From assembly GCA_000165425.1 (NCBI GenBank), contig CT868341.1, positions 372,001 to 436,000 on the forward strand: a stretch of DNA of 64,000 bases, written 5' to 3'. The notes under the pieces were generated by a model that worked only from the letters and a program-made list of their open reading frames with translations, was not told where the DNA came from and made no database searches. The stretch's first letter is position 1, and the number at the start of each line of letters is the position of its first letter. The position numbers and the translations under genes were made by a program. Shown piece by piece: positions 11,720 through 25,481 of the stretch. Origin of the DNA: Paramecium tetraurelia. Taxonomy: Eukaryota.

Positions 11720-13654
11720 TCAATCATGTGATGAGTACTCTAATTACATCCAATGAAAATTAACATGATCTAGAATATATTAAATTTCTCTTTCATAATC
11801 TCCAATTTTACTATAATAAACCCACCACCAATCGGCCCCCCCAAATAAGCTGTTTCTTAATTCAAATTACTCATTAATATATTTATTTTTTTCAGCAATA
11901 AGTATATCTAATCGCATATTGAGTTCTTAATTTGAATATTCAGAAGCTTTATACAAAACACTTTCACTAATAACCTTAGCCTCTCTCTCCTTTTTAATTA
12001 ATTAATGTTTTTGTTCCTACTCAATTTTAAGTCTCTCCCTTTCCTGTATTTATTTATTTTCGATCTCTCTCCTTTACTGCTCCTCTAAATTTCTCTTAGA
12101 TTCCTATTACATCTGTTTTTACTAATTTTCCATTTTTGTCTACTGTTCCTCTAAATTTCTCTGTTACATTCTAATCTTTTCTTCTTACAATTTATATTGG
12201 CGATTCAAACTATCAATTTCTGTTTATTATCTTTGTCTATCTTACTCAGCCCTTCTCTTTTCTTCAGCCCATCTGTTTTCTTCAGCTCTTCTCTTTTCTT
12301 CAGTCCTTTGTCTCTCTTCTTCAGCCTTTTGTCTCTCTTATTTTTCCTTTATCGCATCCTATTCAGCCTTTTGTCTCTCTTATTTTTCCTTTATCGCATC
12401 CTATTCAGCCTTTTGTCTCTCTTTCTCTGCCTTTTGTCTTTCTTATTTTTCCTTTCTCGCATCTTCTTCAGCCTTTTGTTTCTCTTATTCAGCCTTTAGT
12501 CTCTCTTCTTCAGCTTATTTCAATTTTTCGATTAATTCAATTTTTGTATCAATTAATATTTCAATCTATTTGAAGGCTTGTTTGCCAAATTCATTAATAG
12601 TTTACAATAATTAATAACCATTGATGAATTCTTTAAATTACTCAAAATATTAAAATAAACTGATGAAATCTTTACCTATTTTTGTTTGTTGTTATTTACC
12701 AGAATTTGTCAGTTTTTCACAAATGTTAATAAACTATTCAAACCATTGTAAAGCTGTTAAATTTTTATCATTTTGCATCAGATCTTTAAATATCTTCAAA
12801 TCTGCTAACATGTCGTCATTCTACTGTTAATTGGTCTCATCTGATTTTATGTTGAAAAAATCTTACATAATCTTAACATTTTCTTGTATTTTATTAGTTG
12901 CTTCAGAAATTAGAAATTCACTTATGAGTTAACTCTTAGGTATGTTTCTTGGTTTTATCTAAACCTTATTCATTGCTTAAATCTAATTCCAGAATATCTA
13001 TCTATGATTGTCCTTAAACACTTCATCTAAATTGTCTCTTTTACCTTTTCTTTACACGATGATTTTATCAATGTTACTTTGAAATTTGGTTTGTTTTAAT
13101 TATTCTTTTATGTCGTTTATTAATTCTTCATCATCCAAATCATCATTATAACAATTCAATAATAAATTGAAATGAGGATTATCAAGCTGTGAAATAAATG
13201 CTTAAAGGTCAGTCCCTCTTGTTGGAAGGTTATTATTAGGATTATTTATAACATAAATGATTTTCACTTCTCCCATGGACACAATCTTGTTAAATAATAG
13301 ATCAAATAATAATTAGTCCACATTGCCAGTGGTGTCTTAAAATCCAGGGAAATCTATAAGTAAATGTTTATTATTGTTATTCATATAGAATTTTGGTTCT
13401 TTTGTCACAGATACCATTCCTCCTTTCATTATTGAAAATTAATCTGAATTCTGTTTTAGCTCTAATTGTCTTCCATTATAGACGAACTCAGCACCACATA
13501 AGAAATTGAAAATAGTACTCTTCCCAGCTCCTGTTAATCCTACTAGTAGTGTAATTGTTGTTGAAGGTTTGTGATTATTGATGCACTCATCAAATAAGCT
13601 AATCATTCTTTTACGTAACTCAAGAAGATTATTTTCTGTTAATTAAGTTTCCAT
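11720..13654 (-). CDS. TRAFAC P-loop GTPase (AIG1/GIMAP or 50S-binding-GTPase-like) with long coiled-coil tail, 644 aa, intronless
   Basis: G1 LVGLTGAGKSTIFNFL, G2 VSVTK, G3 LIDFPGFQDT; E/K/Q/R-rich coiled coil; aromatic C-terminus GGADWWWVYY. Confidence 0.8.
12320..12496. repeat. 42-bp coding tandem repeat (two exact copies plus degenerate copies)
   Basis: Unit ttcagccttttgtctctcttatttttcctttatcgcatccta starts at 12320 and 12362, with a partial copy at 12404; encodes QDAIKEKQERQKAE on the minus strand. Confidence 0.9.
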
Positions 13655-14280
13655 TAAAATTTATTATTTATATTTATGCTTCAAATTGTAGATATGTGTA
13701 TATAAAGATTATCAATCTAATAGAATTACCTAAAAATATCACTTTCTTTTTAATAGAATTTATGAATTTATTAACCTATCATGAAGCAGAATTAACTCTA
13801 GGAGTAAGCTGTTAGTAATTTTATATTTTTGGTAGCTACAGAATAAACCAATAAAGTTACTTCATTAGAAGTTATCGTTTTCTATAAAAGCATGAATGGG
13901 TTATCTTTTTCTAGATAAACCGACTCCACTTTAAGACTATCATAAAATTTAAGACTATTTATGAATCATACATATGGCTTAATTCATTTAAGTGTACAAT
14001 ATAATGGTATGAAAGATTGTCTAATTATTGATAAATGAAGCAAGGTCTCTAAATAAAATCAATTAAATGATCGAACCATTTTTTAAGGTGCATTTTAATA
14101 AATTCTATTTTAAATAAATTCAATATACTCTGTAAATTACAATAATTTAGAACCCTAACAAAAAGTCATCCAAATTATTGATAGTAGGAAGTTAGTTAAG
14201 TTCATTTCTAATATAATATGGATATAATGTAAATACATAGTAAAAATTGAATTAATCAGTGAATTAAATATAAATATTAA

Positions 14281-15282
14281 ATGTATAAAGACATTGACAT
14301 AAATGAAATTGAAAAGTTGAAAAAGGACTAAGAGATGATGTCGTTGAAAAGGGCTCCAACCAATATGAAAGTAAGATGAATTGAAATCTCTGTGATTAGG
14401 AGCGTTTTGGTTAATCAAATAAGGACTTTTTGGAAGATGAATTTAAGCAAAAGACTGTGGGTTTGGTTACACGCGAAGAATTTAAGAGGAAGAGGGAGAA
14501 TATAGATAATCTTGTGATGCAGGACATGAAGCAGAAATAAGAGGAGGAAACTAAAAGAAAATTGGAACTCAAATAAAAGCGAAAGGAAGAATACTAGAAG
14601 AAGACGACATTGCTGTCTTTTGATTTGGATGATGAGGGCAGTCCTTAGAAAAGCTATGGGAAAAATGACCATGTCGATACGACTTATTTGCCAGATATGA
14701 ATCGAGAAAGAAAAATTGAGGAGATGACCAGATAATTGACAGGTATTTGTTTGATGCATAATGTTTAGAATAATATTAGAAGGAAGTCGAATCGTAAAAG
14801 GATTCGCTGATTGATATTTAATTCCAATACTGGGATGCTTCAACTTGTTCCAAGTCTTTGAGAATTAAGAAAAAAATGACGATCTTGGAATTCCTAGAAA
14901 TGGCCAGAAGAGAGATCATCCGAGATTTTGGATTTGTATGTGTTGGTCATTATGGAATATTAGTTAACGGAATTTAGTCCAGAAGACTTGATCATAGTTG
15001 CCAATGGAATGATTTTGCCTCACAAACTCAGCTTCTATGACCTCATAGCTCATAAAGTCAAGAATAGATCTGGCACTCTGATCTTTTCGTTTGATCGCAG
15101 AAAGGTATTAGTGTGAGGCTTATATTGGTTTTAATTAGGTTTAAGCAAAAGGATAGGAATACGAAGTAGAGGTTGAGAAGTCCACCACATGTAAAATCAT
15201 AGAGAAGTTCAGATACGAAAAGATAAAACATATTTATCCATGTTCGAAATGGGAGAATGTAGAAATTAACAAATACTTATGA
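14281..15282 (+). CDS. FAM50: XAP5/FAM50 family nuclear (spliceosome-associated) protein
   Basis: EFKQKTVGLVTREEFKRKRE, LSFDLDDE, GKNDHVDTTYLPDMNRE, ILPHKLSFYDLI, YEKIKHIYPCSKWE; 4 small introns. Confidence 0.88.
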
Positions 15283-15322
15283 CAATTTACAACAATTAAG
15301 ACAACAAAATATAAATATTAAT

Positions 15323-16651
15323 ATGTTAAACAATAAAAGCTCAATATAGATGAGTAAATCTAACTGTTTCAATACTCCGAAGTTATCTTTGGGTATGTTC
15401 TCGAATCAGCACTCCATCATTTCTTAATTGCTTTCAACCAAAGGAAAATCGCAAAATTAAAAGCATAAGGTGTCAAAAACAACCTATGAAATCCAAACAT
15501 TGAGAGCAGATACTCCAAATTCCCCTAATAAATCAAGTCCATTTAAAAGCAAATATCATTATAATACTCTGTCTCTGGTGTCAAAAATGGAAAGCAACAA
15601 AAATAATATTCAGTAAGAAAAACAAAAAATTAAAGATAACAGTGCTGATCTTAGAGATTTGAGTATTAGATTGAAACTCTGCGAAGATGATTAAATCAAC
15701 AAAATTCTCAAAAGTCTAAAATTAATTGAACAGCAAATGACACATAACTAAATTAGCTAAAGTCATTTGTAATTATGGCATAATCAATTAAACTAAAATT
15801 GCGATAAATTAATGAAAATTCTATCTCTTGAACTCAACACATCCTTCAACTTTTATTAACCATCTACTCACATCGATACCTAATTGCAGAAATAGTTGTT
15901 AGAAGAGAGAAAAAATAGACTCTTGGTTGAAGAACAAACAAGTAAGATTATACAAAGTTAGGGATAATAAATAACATAATATGTATCAAATTATTATAAT
16001 CTTATTTTTAGATCGACACAATCAAATTACTTGAATAAAAACTATTGAAGAGTACTTGATTGACACTTATTTTACTTGATTAACTTTGATTCTAATTTTA
16101 TTTTAGAAAAAGTTTATAAAATATAAAAAAAAATAGATTAGATGGATAGTTTGGAGTAGAATGCCATAACTTAATTGTTGAATTTGGAGGACAAAGAAAT
16201 ACAAAATGGGTGGGACATAAATACTCCCATTTAAATTCATAAGAGTAGATCCTTAGTGCAACTGCGACAGAAGAAAATTCTCTAACCAATTGAATAGAGG
16301 AAAAGAATTGATGTGAATCATGAATGTCATTTTCAAAAATTTCCTAAAATTTATTAATAAGAGCATTCCTTTAAATCTTTAATGGAAGAGTACTTCAAAT
16401 AATTGAATTAAAGATAACTCAATCTTAAAAAGGATGTCTAAAAATCTACTAGACTTAGACACAGTTCCTACTTAATAGAGGAGAGTGCCATCAGAAAGAG
16501 CAAACACTCTTGTCATGAAATACTTCTCTAAGATAATTAGTCTAATAAATAAATTAAGTTATCAGATTTATGTAAAGATATCATGATTTACAAACCATTA
16601 AAAAAATCCTCTTATTTTCCAAGATTAGAGCCAAGCTACCATCTAAAATGA
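15323..16651 (+). CDS. Hypothetical protein, low complexity / coiled coil
   Basis: Long open frame under code 6 with an intron near 15984-16011; LQKQLLEERKNRLLVEEQ; ends PSYHLK-TGA. Confidence 0.65.
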
Positions 16652-16767
16652 TTGATTACTCTCTATCTAAATGATTTCAAATCCAAATATATATAGTGTA
16701 TAAAAACAAACAAACTTTTTTATTCTTAAAACCTATTTCACTATAATTTTTTAAATAATTTAACAGA

Positions 16768-19505
16768 ATGGACCATTCTCCAAATAGACCTTCAGTATCT
16801 CCATTGTCTAAAACCCGTATGTCGTCAGAATAGACACTCAAATTGCAAGACCTAAAGTATAAGGAGAAACTACTGCAAATGGATAAGATAAATGCAAGTA
16901 GCCGATCTTTCTATAATTTTAGAATTGCAATCCTAATTAGATGAGACCCTTTTGGAATTGGAAAAGGCAAATAAGAACCTACATCTACAAAATCAAATGA
17001 AGGAAACCCAAGATAATGAGTATCTGAGACTTTTGAAGGAAAACGAATTGCTTAAGGGAGATCTACAATTTAAGCTTTAAGAGAACGAGCTGAATAAGTA
17101 GAAATTAGCCTAACAGAATAAATAATATTAATCATCCCTTGAAAACCTGAAGTAATGAATAAGCGTTTAAATTTAGAGAATAATATGAATAGCTTTAACA
17201 GTCATTGATGAATAAATATATTATCGAAATGAATACTAAATTACAAGATCAGAAGCAACAATACGATACATTCAGCAAAATTCAAACTGAAAGATTGAAG
17301 GAAAATGAACATCTCGAAAAATAGTATTAGGAATAACTATTGGATTACAAATAATCAATTTAAGAATTCTAAATTAAAGTAAGTGAACAAAAATAATAAA
17401 TTGAATCATTCCAAAAATAATCTAGTATTGAAAAGCAGGTGATAGCTGATAAAGAACTGTAAGAGTAGCTCCTCTTGAAAAAAGTAGAATAACTCCAAAT
17501 AGAACTAAGCAGAATTACTACTGATTTAGATATTTCAAAGGAGAAATATCTAAGATTAGAAAAATAATACGAACAAAACATTACCAACATAGTTCTAAGC
17601 AAAGATTAACAGGCTGAAGAGTAAACTAGTAAATTATATTAATAACATGAATAATCCATTCAAAATTTAACATCACAAAATCAGGATATTTGGAAGTAAT
17701 TACAAGAATAGAAATCAATAAATTAAGTGTAATCGAAGGAGATTGCAAGACTGTCCAATACCAATCAATAGCAAGAGCAGGACTTGATTGAAAAGGACAA
17801 AAAACTAAAAGACTTATCAGTTAATACTAACTAATCAACTGAATAATGTATTATCCTTCAACAACGTTTGCTTTAGACAGAATAAGCATTGCAATTATAT
17901 AAATCTTAATTAGATGATTTTAAATAAACAAGAGGAGACTTTGAATAACGAATGATGGACAGAAGCAAAGGAATATTGAGATAAAAAGAACAAGAATTTC
18001 AATAGGCTCTATAATTGAATGAACAAAAGATTATGGCTTTGAATTAGGAGGTTGAAAGAATGGAGAATGAACATTAAATTTAAAGTTTTAAATAGTTACA
18101 AGAGAAGCTTATGAGCGAATCAAATGTCAAGTCTTTATTAGTGAAAATCGCTGGAATCGAAGAATAAAATTCTACTTTATCATCATAATTAGAAGAAACC
18201 AGACAGGAATTATTACAAAAATCAACTCTATCAGAAAATTTGAGTGTATAATTGAACAAAGAAAAAACCTATAATTAAACTACTCTTAGAATTTAAAAGA
18301 ATCAGATCTCTGATTTGTAATAAAAATTAAAAGAATATTAAGTCGAAGTAGATAGATTATCATGTGATGTTAGAGAAAGAGATGACATCCTTGATAGTCA
18401 AAGGATGTAGTTTATTAATGAGAAAAATGAATTGGAACAATAAATCAAAATCATCTTTGAGAAGATGTCATAATAAAGATAAAGACTCCAAGATTTAGAT
18501 GATCAAACCTATTAATAATAGTGTTAAATTCAAAAATTGACACTTGAAAGAGATAAATTAGATAAGGAATTAAAATCATTAACAGTTACAACTAATGAGT
18601 AAATCAGAAAGCAAAAAGAGTAAATAGATAACTGTAGTAGACTAATTGAGGAGAACCAATAAACCATTCTTTAAAACGAAGAACAAATCCAAAATAATGA
18701 AACATAAATTGCAGAACTGTAAACCTAACTAGAAGAATAGTATGCTTAGAATTAATAATTAACCAAAGATGTAGCTGAATTAAATGATGAATTAGAGGAA
18801 ACCAGATAAGACAGAGAAGCCAAGATTTAAGAAATGGATTAATGGAAAAGATAATTTAAATAAAATAATGTTCCGTTGTCTGATTATGATTAAATCAAAA
18901 AAGAAGCTGAATAATATAAAAATAAATCCATGGATCAAGAATAACTTATTAATAAATTAGAAACCTAATAATAGGCTAATACCAAAGAGATTTATCACTT
19001 GTAAGGAGAATTATCATAGTATAAATCCAATCTATCAGATGCTTAGTCTTAATTAGTTAATAAGAAAAAAGAAAATGATAACATGAGTACAGAATTAGAA
19101 AATTTGAAAAGAGAACAACAACGAACATTAAATCAGTTGAAGGAGATTGAACAAAGAGATCAATCAAATAGTGAATTAGTCAGTAAATAAAAGAGGGAAA
19201 TTTAGAGATTGTAAAAATTGGTTTTTCATTATTAGAAATGATGATTTGGAAACAAAAAACAGACAACTAGGCAACATGGAATAATAATTAAATAAGAAGT
19301 TTGATGAAGTAACTTCTAAATAAAGAGAAATTGAAGAATTGAAAAGAAAGTATTAATAGGATGCACTTGGAAAAATGACAACAAGTCCATCTTAAAAGTC
19401 TGTAATGATGGCATCATAAAATGTATAATATCAAATTAAGTTTAGATGGCTGCCAGATCCACTGCAAAAGGATTAACAACAAAAATAACAGATTAATAAA
19501 ATTGA
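16768..19505 (+). CDS. Long coiled-coil protein (about 880 aa)
   Basis: Continuous Q/E/K/L heptad-rich frame with 4 small introns; starts MDHSPNRPSVSPLS, ends TKITDQQN-TGA. Confidence 0.78.
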
Positions 19506-20024
19506 AATTTTATAAATTTATGCTAGAATTTAATTCAACATATAAATCTTTTATTTCTTATGATAATTCCAATCATTATAGAAATTTAAGTTCATCAAAG
19601 AGATTTATTTTTCTGTTTAAAATTATTTTTTATTAAAATACGATCATTAAATTAAATTGTTTTTGATATAGAATCGAAAGATTAATTATATTCTATTGAT
19701 TAGATTAGATCATTGATTTCAATATAATTAATAATAGTACAATGAGAAGTAATACCAGATCCATTATCAAATAATTATTTCAAAAATGAAATATTATTAT
19801 AAAAATTTAATATTATTGTGTTACATATTCAATTATTATGTGAACTAGAGAATCTAGTACTATATTTTCGGATAGTATTTTTCAATATCTTTTATTGAAA
19901 TATTGCAAAATATATTTAAGTATTAAAACATTATTTTATATCTTGCATGGATTAATATATATCATAAATTAAAAATATTTAAGTTTTGAAAAATATCTAA
20001 TTTAATTTCAAAATATTTTTAAAT

Positions 20025-20670
20025 ATGGATAGCCCTTTATGTTGTATTTTAGTAGATTTTCAAAATTGAGGGCTTATCATTCAGAAATAAGTTTTGGTAA
20101 GAATTTTTGATACCTTTTAATATACTTACAATATTCACATGTCTATAGAGTAAAAATGATTGAGAATTGTTGAAAATTTGATTGGAATCAACTCAATTTT
20201 GTTAAGCTTGATATCAAGGAGTCTGAAAATCTGTTTGCAATTTTATACTAATGACCTGAATAAATGATGTAATTTATAGATAGAGTTTGCTTATATGTCG
20301 AAATATTAAGGTTAAGAAATTAGACTTGCTTTGTGATTCTACATCTAGATTGATAATGGCACAAAGGATAAATACTAAGTACTCTAATGCTAATAAAGTA
20401 ATTTAGGAATATTTAAAATTAAACTAAAATTAAAATTACACAACTCTTTATATTTGATGTAATCCTTTATTTCTTACTAAAATTGACAAAAAAATCAAAG
20501 TGTAATTAAAGCCTAACTCCTAATGAAATTTGTTTAAATTTTCATCGAATTTTGAGACACCAATAATTACAATTGAAATTTCTTTTAAGCTATTAACATA
20601 GGATTTTTAACTGCTAAAAGAAATCTTTAAATATCGATTCCAAATTTCAGTAGAAAGGATGAATAGATTA
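20025..20670 (+). pseudogene. Probable decayed gene
   Basis: Protein-like frame IENC*KFDWNQLNFVKLDIKESENLFAILYQ*PEQMMQFIDRVCLYVEIL with TGA at 20171, 20252 and 20351, inside an unusually long gene-free gap. Confidence 0.35.
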
Positions 20671-21571
20671 TACTTATTAAAATGTTAATAAACATTAGAT
20701 AAAATTGGCTTGGTTGATAATATTGTCTTTAACAAAATTTGCTAATTTGGTAGAAAGATTAGGATGAATTTCTTTAAGAAATTTGGTTGAAAAGATATTA
20801 TAAAATTATGGATAACAATTGTTAGTAAAAAAACAATAATTTCGATTTATTTGAAATTATTTTTTTGGCATTGTTTTTTTATAGCAAATTCTTAGAAATG
20901 ATTATAATTTATCCTATACTCAATCAAGACATTTTAAATCATTCATTTAGTGATTTTGCTTACTATTTAAGTTGACTGTTACTTTGTGATTTGAAACAAG
21001 AATTACCCTAGTCTAAATTTTTTTCTAATAAATGAAGCTCTAATGGAAATATTAACATACTTCATAAAGAATTTACAATTAAGAGGTCTCAAATGTTACT
21101 AATAAAAAACGTATTTAATAGAATGTGCGGTCAAGTTCGAAAAAAGATGTAAGAGTAAGAAAATTAAAAGTCGTTTCGAATAATTAAAGAAAAGTGCCGT
21201 GATTATTACTATATAAAATTACATCCACATTTCTCTTTTGTGTATCATTACCAAAACGAATTGCAAAGATAAGTACTTCATTATATTATACTGTAAACAA
21301 ATTAGCAGCACAATTCTAGACCTTTATAAAATTGAATATTTGTATCAGAACAACTTTTATTAAATTATTATATTTTTTTTAAAATAAAAAAATTGTCTTC
21401 TTAGTTAATTAACCAAATGCATAAATAATTAAACAGTTATTAAATAATGTTTTGTTATTTTGTAAACCATTGGATAAGTATAATTTGGAATGGGATAAAA
21501 AACCTTTTTTCTAAATTGTTATTTTATTGCTATACTAATTTTTATAAAGAAATTTTATAATATTTAATACT

Positions 21572-23185
21572 ATGGGCAAAATATTTTGGAAAGATTGGCA
21601 TTTGCGAACTCAAATCTGCATGGTTTAATTTCTTATTTCTATTCTTACGATTGGCTTAATTGCCATCTCAACCTATTCTTTTATGTTTTATATTTCCGAA
21701 TTTTATATGGAGGCTTCAGATCACGTTTTTTAAAAGGAATATGGTAAATGGACTAAAATTATGATGTCACATAACATTCATAGAGTATAATAAACGTTAT
21801 TCAGAAGTCAATAACAAATTGTTAAAGCGAATACTCTTTACTAAATGACTCAGTAACTAATATAGGGCACCTTCTCGTAACCAACTCAATGTCTAAATTA
21901 ATTACAACTAATGGATTAGTATGCTTACAGTGCCTCTTTTTGTTATATGATCTATAAAGACACTAAATCAAATAAAATACTGTAAAATCTCAAAAATCTC
22001 TGTGTATTTTTGACAGAAAGTGTGCTTATTGTTGATTAAGATTTTGACATCATGATAGCATCATCAAATGATATTCATTTTTTCTCAGTTTGGCCGGGCT
22101 CGTATTTATCCTCTGACTACAACCCTCAAGAGAGAATTTGGTATCAGTAACATTTAGAATAATTGGCCTAGCATAACTATACTAATAATTCAACATATTA
22201 TAGTGAGCCTCACGTCCATTGGACTTGGAAACTCTTAATGATTGCTCAAACTAAAAGCTTAGTAAACATTGATGGGTCGCTTGATGGAGTAATAGCTTCT
22301 CATGTGAATTTCACCTAATTTAATTATTCTGATGATTAGGTAAGCTTTACTATAATAAATCCAACAGGCAGAATACTCCTGAGTTCCTTGAATATTAGTG
22401 AAAATTCAAACATTTATGATTATAATATAACAAATCTAGGTTATCAAGATTACTAGTAGATATTAAATCAAGCCCAAGGGAAAAGCACATAAAGTAATTG
22501 TGATTCTACTGTATGGAATGATTATGGATATTTGTGTAGAAAAACTTATAATTAAAAAGAAGAGGAACTAATAAGCACCAAAAACATAGAAGAAGCAGGC
22601 TTGATTTTTATTATGTAAACATTTGTATTTATATTTAATTATAGGTAAAGCAAACTGTCCAAATACCAGATCGAATTTAAGAATATGTTTAATACTTTCT
22701 AATCACAGTTAAACAGCATATTTGTAGGAACAATCTTAGGTTTCTTTCTTTATATGATGTCCTCTCTCATTATCACAACCAGCGTAGTAATATTTTTATT
22801 TAATCCCATTATTAAAATCATTAACTATACCTCATAGCAATTATTCAAAGATAGTCTCAATAAAAAACATTTTCTTAAATAACATAAGCATTTTTCATTT
22901 TTTGAAAAATTTTCAAATTCTTAATTATTGAATGATTTACAAGAATCATTTAACAGACTAATCCACATTAAAACAGCTAATAATAAATCGACTATTTGTC
23001 ATATCATTGAAGGCTTTAAATATCCATTAAAGAGATGGAAATTATAAACAAGGAAAAAAAAATAAATTACAAATCTAAATGTTTAATTGCAAGATAATAT
23101 TTAAAATGAAGAAGCCAACTAGCTTTAGATATCAATTATAAAGCAACTAATGATATCAGAATTAAAAATTAATGGCTGTTTCTGA
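21572..23185 (+). CDS. Cache-domain two-TM membrane protein (sensor-like, no evident catalytic output)
   Basis: N-terminal TM, DYNPQERIWYQQ (YDPRxRPWY-like), YYSEPHVHW...LMIAQTKSL...DGVIASHV, second TM followed by NPIIKII, short cytosolic tail. Confidence 0.75.
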
Positions 23186-23609
23186 AATTATTAATCTATT
23201 TTATACAATACACACTTAATCTATAAGAAAATCAATAATCCCAAAGATTTGAGCATTAGGCCAAATAAATTTATTTTTATTAATATAAAATTATTAATTT
23301 TTAACATAAATCAATTAGTGGAGATTGTATTAAAATCTAAATTTTTATTTATTACTCCTAAAATTATAATCAATTTGCTAGAATTCAATTTCCTCATATA
23401 TAGATTATCTCTTCTTACTTATTTCTAGTCTAAAATTATTAATTTATCAGTTAATTATTAGGAATATAATTATCAAAAAAGAATTGATTTGGATGACGAA
23501 ATGAGTATAGGTTTAAAAAAGAATTGACTAAAATATTTATTGATAATAAAATCAATTATAGTATTTAAATAAATTGTTAATAAAATAATTATTTAATTTC
23601 ATAATTTCT

Positions 23610-24699
23610 ATGAGATAATCAAGAGGAAGAAAAATTGACACTTCCAATTCAGAATCTGAAATCTACTAGAATTTAGGACCTATTCTAAATAAACCAGGAA
23701 ATGTTCAACCTTAGTAAAAGCCTAAGAATTAAGGGAAACCGAAAAGCCAAACGTAAAAGAAATCGCAAACAAATCTCAAAAATCAAGAAAATAAGTTAAC
23801 TAAAAAAATGAAAGAATATGAGAAATAGATCTCAGAACTACGATAGTAATTATAAGATGATTAAGCTAATTAACAATATATTAATTGCTTCAATAGTACA
23901 AAGTAAATATTCAAATTATTTAATTTAGGGAGCAATATGAAAAACTAATACAAACATACGAAGAGACTATTCATTAACTGAAACAGACAGAATTGAATTT
24001 ATTAGAGGAATTGCAAGGACAAAGTGAGATAGCAAGAGATGCTTTGAATAAATTATATCAATACTAATAGGAATACAACACTGAGCAGGAAGAATTGAGA
24101 TAACATTATGAATGTAAAATTGTTTAATGTATATAGAAATGATGAAAGAAAAAGAGTTAGAATTAACTTAAAAGTATGAACTATAATTATAGTAATTGGA
24201 AAATATCAATCAACAATCTAGAATTTCAGAACCAAAAATTGCTTAAGAACTTTCAAAGAAATTAAAAGATATGGCAACTAAAGAAGAATTGTATTTGGAA
24301 GAAATAGAGATTTTGAAAAATAAATTAAATTAAAAAAAGTCTTCTGTTAAAGAGAAAGTATTTTAATATTTTAAATTTTTTAGGAGTTAAGATAAAAATT
24401 AATTGATTTAGAATTAAAGTTGTAAGACTGGGATGATAACTTAGAGAGAAGCAAATCATTAGAATATGAAAACTAATCTCTTTTATGTAAAGTATAACAG
24501 TTGGAGAAGCAGATTTAAAGAAAAGAAGAGAAAGAGAGAAGATTAAGAGATGAATGGAATAAGCAATATTAAGATTTGTAAACCGAAGTGAAAGTATTTA
24601 CTCAATATTATTTAGTATTGGAAAAATGAAATGGATAAAGTAATAATGGAAAACAATCTTGTACTTTCTAAAATAACTCCATCAAAGAAAAAATATTGA
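23610..24699 (+). CDS. Coiled-coil hypothetical protein
   Basis: Starts MRQSRGRKID, heptad-rich, 4 small introns, ends TPSKKKY-TGA. Confidence 0.72.
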
Positions 24700-24739
24700 A
24701 TATAATTAATGAGGTTTTTTAAATTTTAAATATCTGATA

Positions 24740-25260
24740 GTTGTATCAAATTATTCCAATTATTTCAAATGTATTTATTATTAATCAATATGCATCAGAA
24801 TCATTTCAATCATCTACTATTAATATAATTTTAAATACTGATTTGCCAATTCAAATTTGAACTTCCTATATGTCATTGGTTTGCTTTTAAATAAAATTAA
24901 AGGAAATGCTAGGATTAGTTCATCAGGTTATCTAAATTTAGTTTATGCTACAGAAAAGATTGAATCAAGACACAATTAAATCTTCTCATCTACTCAAGAA
25001 ATATCTTTATTAATGCGTAAATTACATTTTTTTGGAATAATTTAGGACAAAAAATTCATAATGTTCAGATACTTATCTAAGACCAGGTATGTCGTTTTGT
25101 TATACTAAATGATTAGTTTGATCATTAAATCCCCAAGGACACATAACAATATTGGCACTGCTGTCTTTTAATGAGATTCATGATATCAATATAATTTTTA
25201 TTTTTAATTGATAGAATTTTCTAATATTCTTCAGCATCAGAAAATTGAATCCTCCTTCTA
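24740..25260 (-). pseudogene. Possible decayed gene
   Basis: Minus-strand frame RRIQFSDAEEYQKILSIKNKKLY*YHESHQKTAVPILLCVLGDLMIKL...KDIS*VDEKIQLCLDS with TGA at 25186 and 24994 in the same frame. Confidence 0.35.
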
Positions 25261-25481
25261 TATTTAAGGGTTACTCAAATCTTTTTCAATAAGGAGACCA
25301 GAAATCCACCTTATCATCACCACTTCCACTGCTTTTTAATTGCAAATGGCAAACTTATATTTTGAATTCATATATTAAAATTTCATCTCAGCTTTTACAG
25401 GAGAAATTCAAATCTATAAATAAAAGTATCATTATCATGCATTCAATATAATTTTTAATTTCAACTTAATATTTAATAATT

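Noticed and set aside
12320..12450. Direct repeats as a possible CRISPR array
   Set aside because: Head-to-tail coding repeats with no spacers, no cas genes, eukaryotic context.
12197..12499. Very hydrophobic repeat ORF on plus strand (FSLLSLLFFLYRIL)
   Set aside because: Antisense shadow of the E/K/R-rich coiled coil of the minus-strand GTPase.
14155..14843. Minus-strand ORFs of 87 and 142 aa
   Set aside because: Antisense to FAM50/XAP5.
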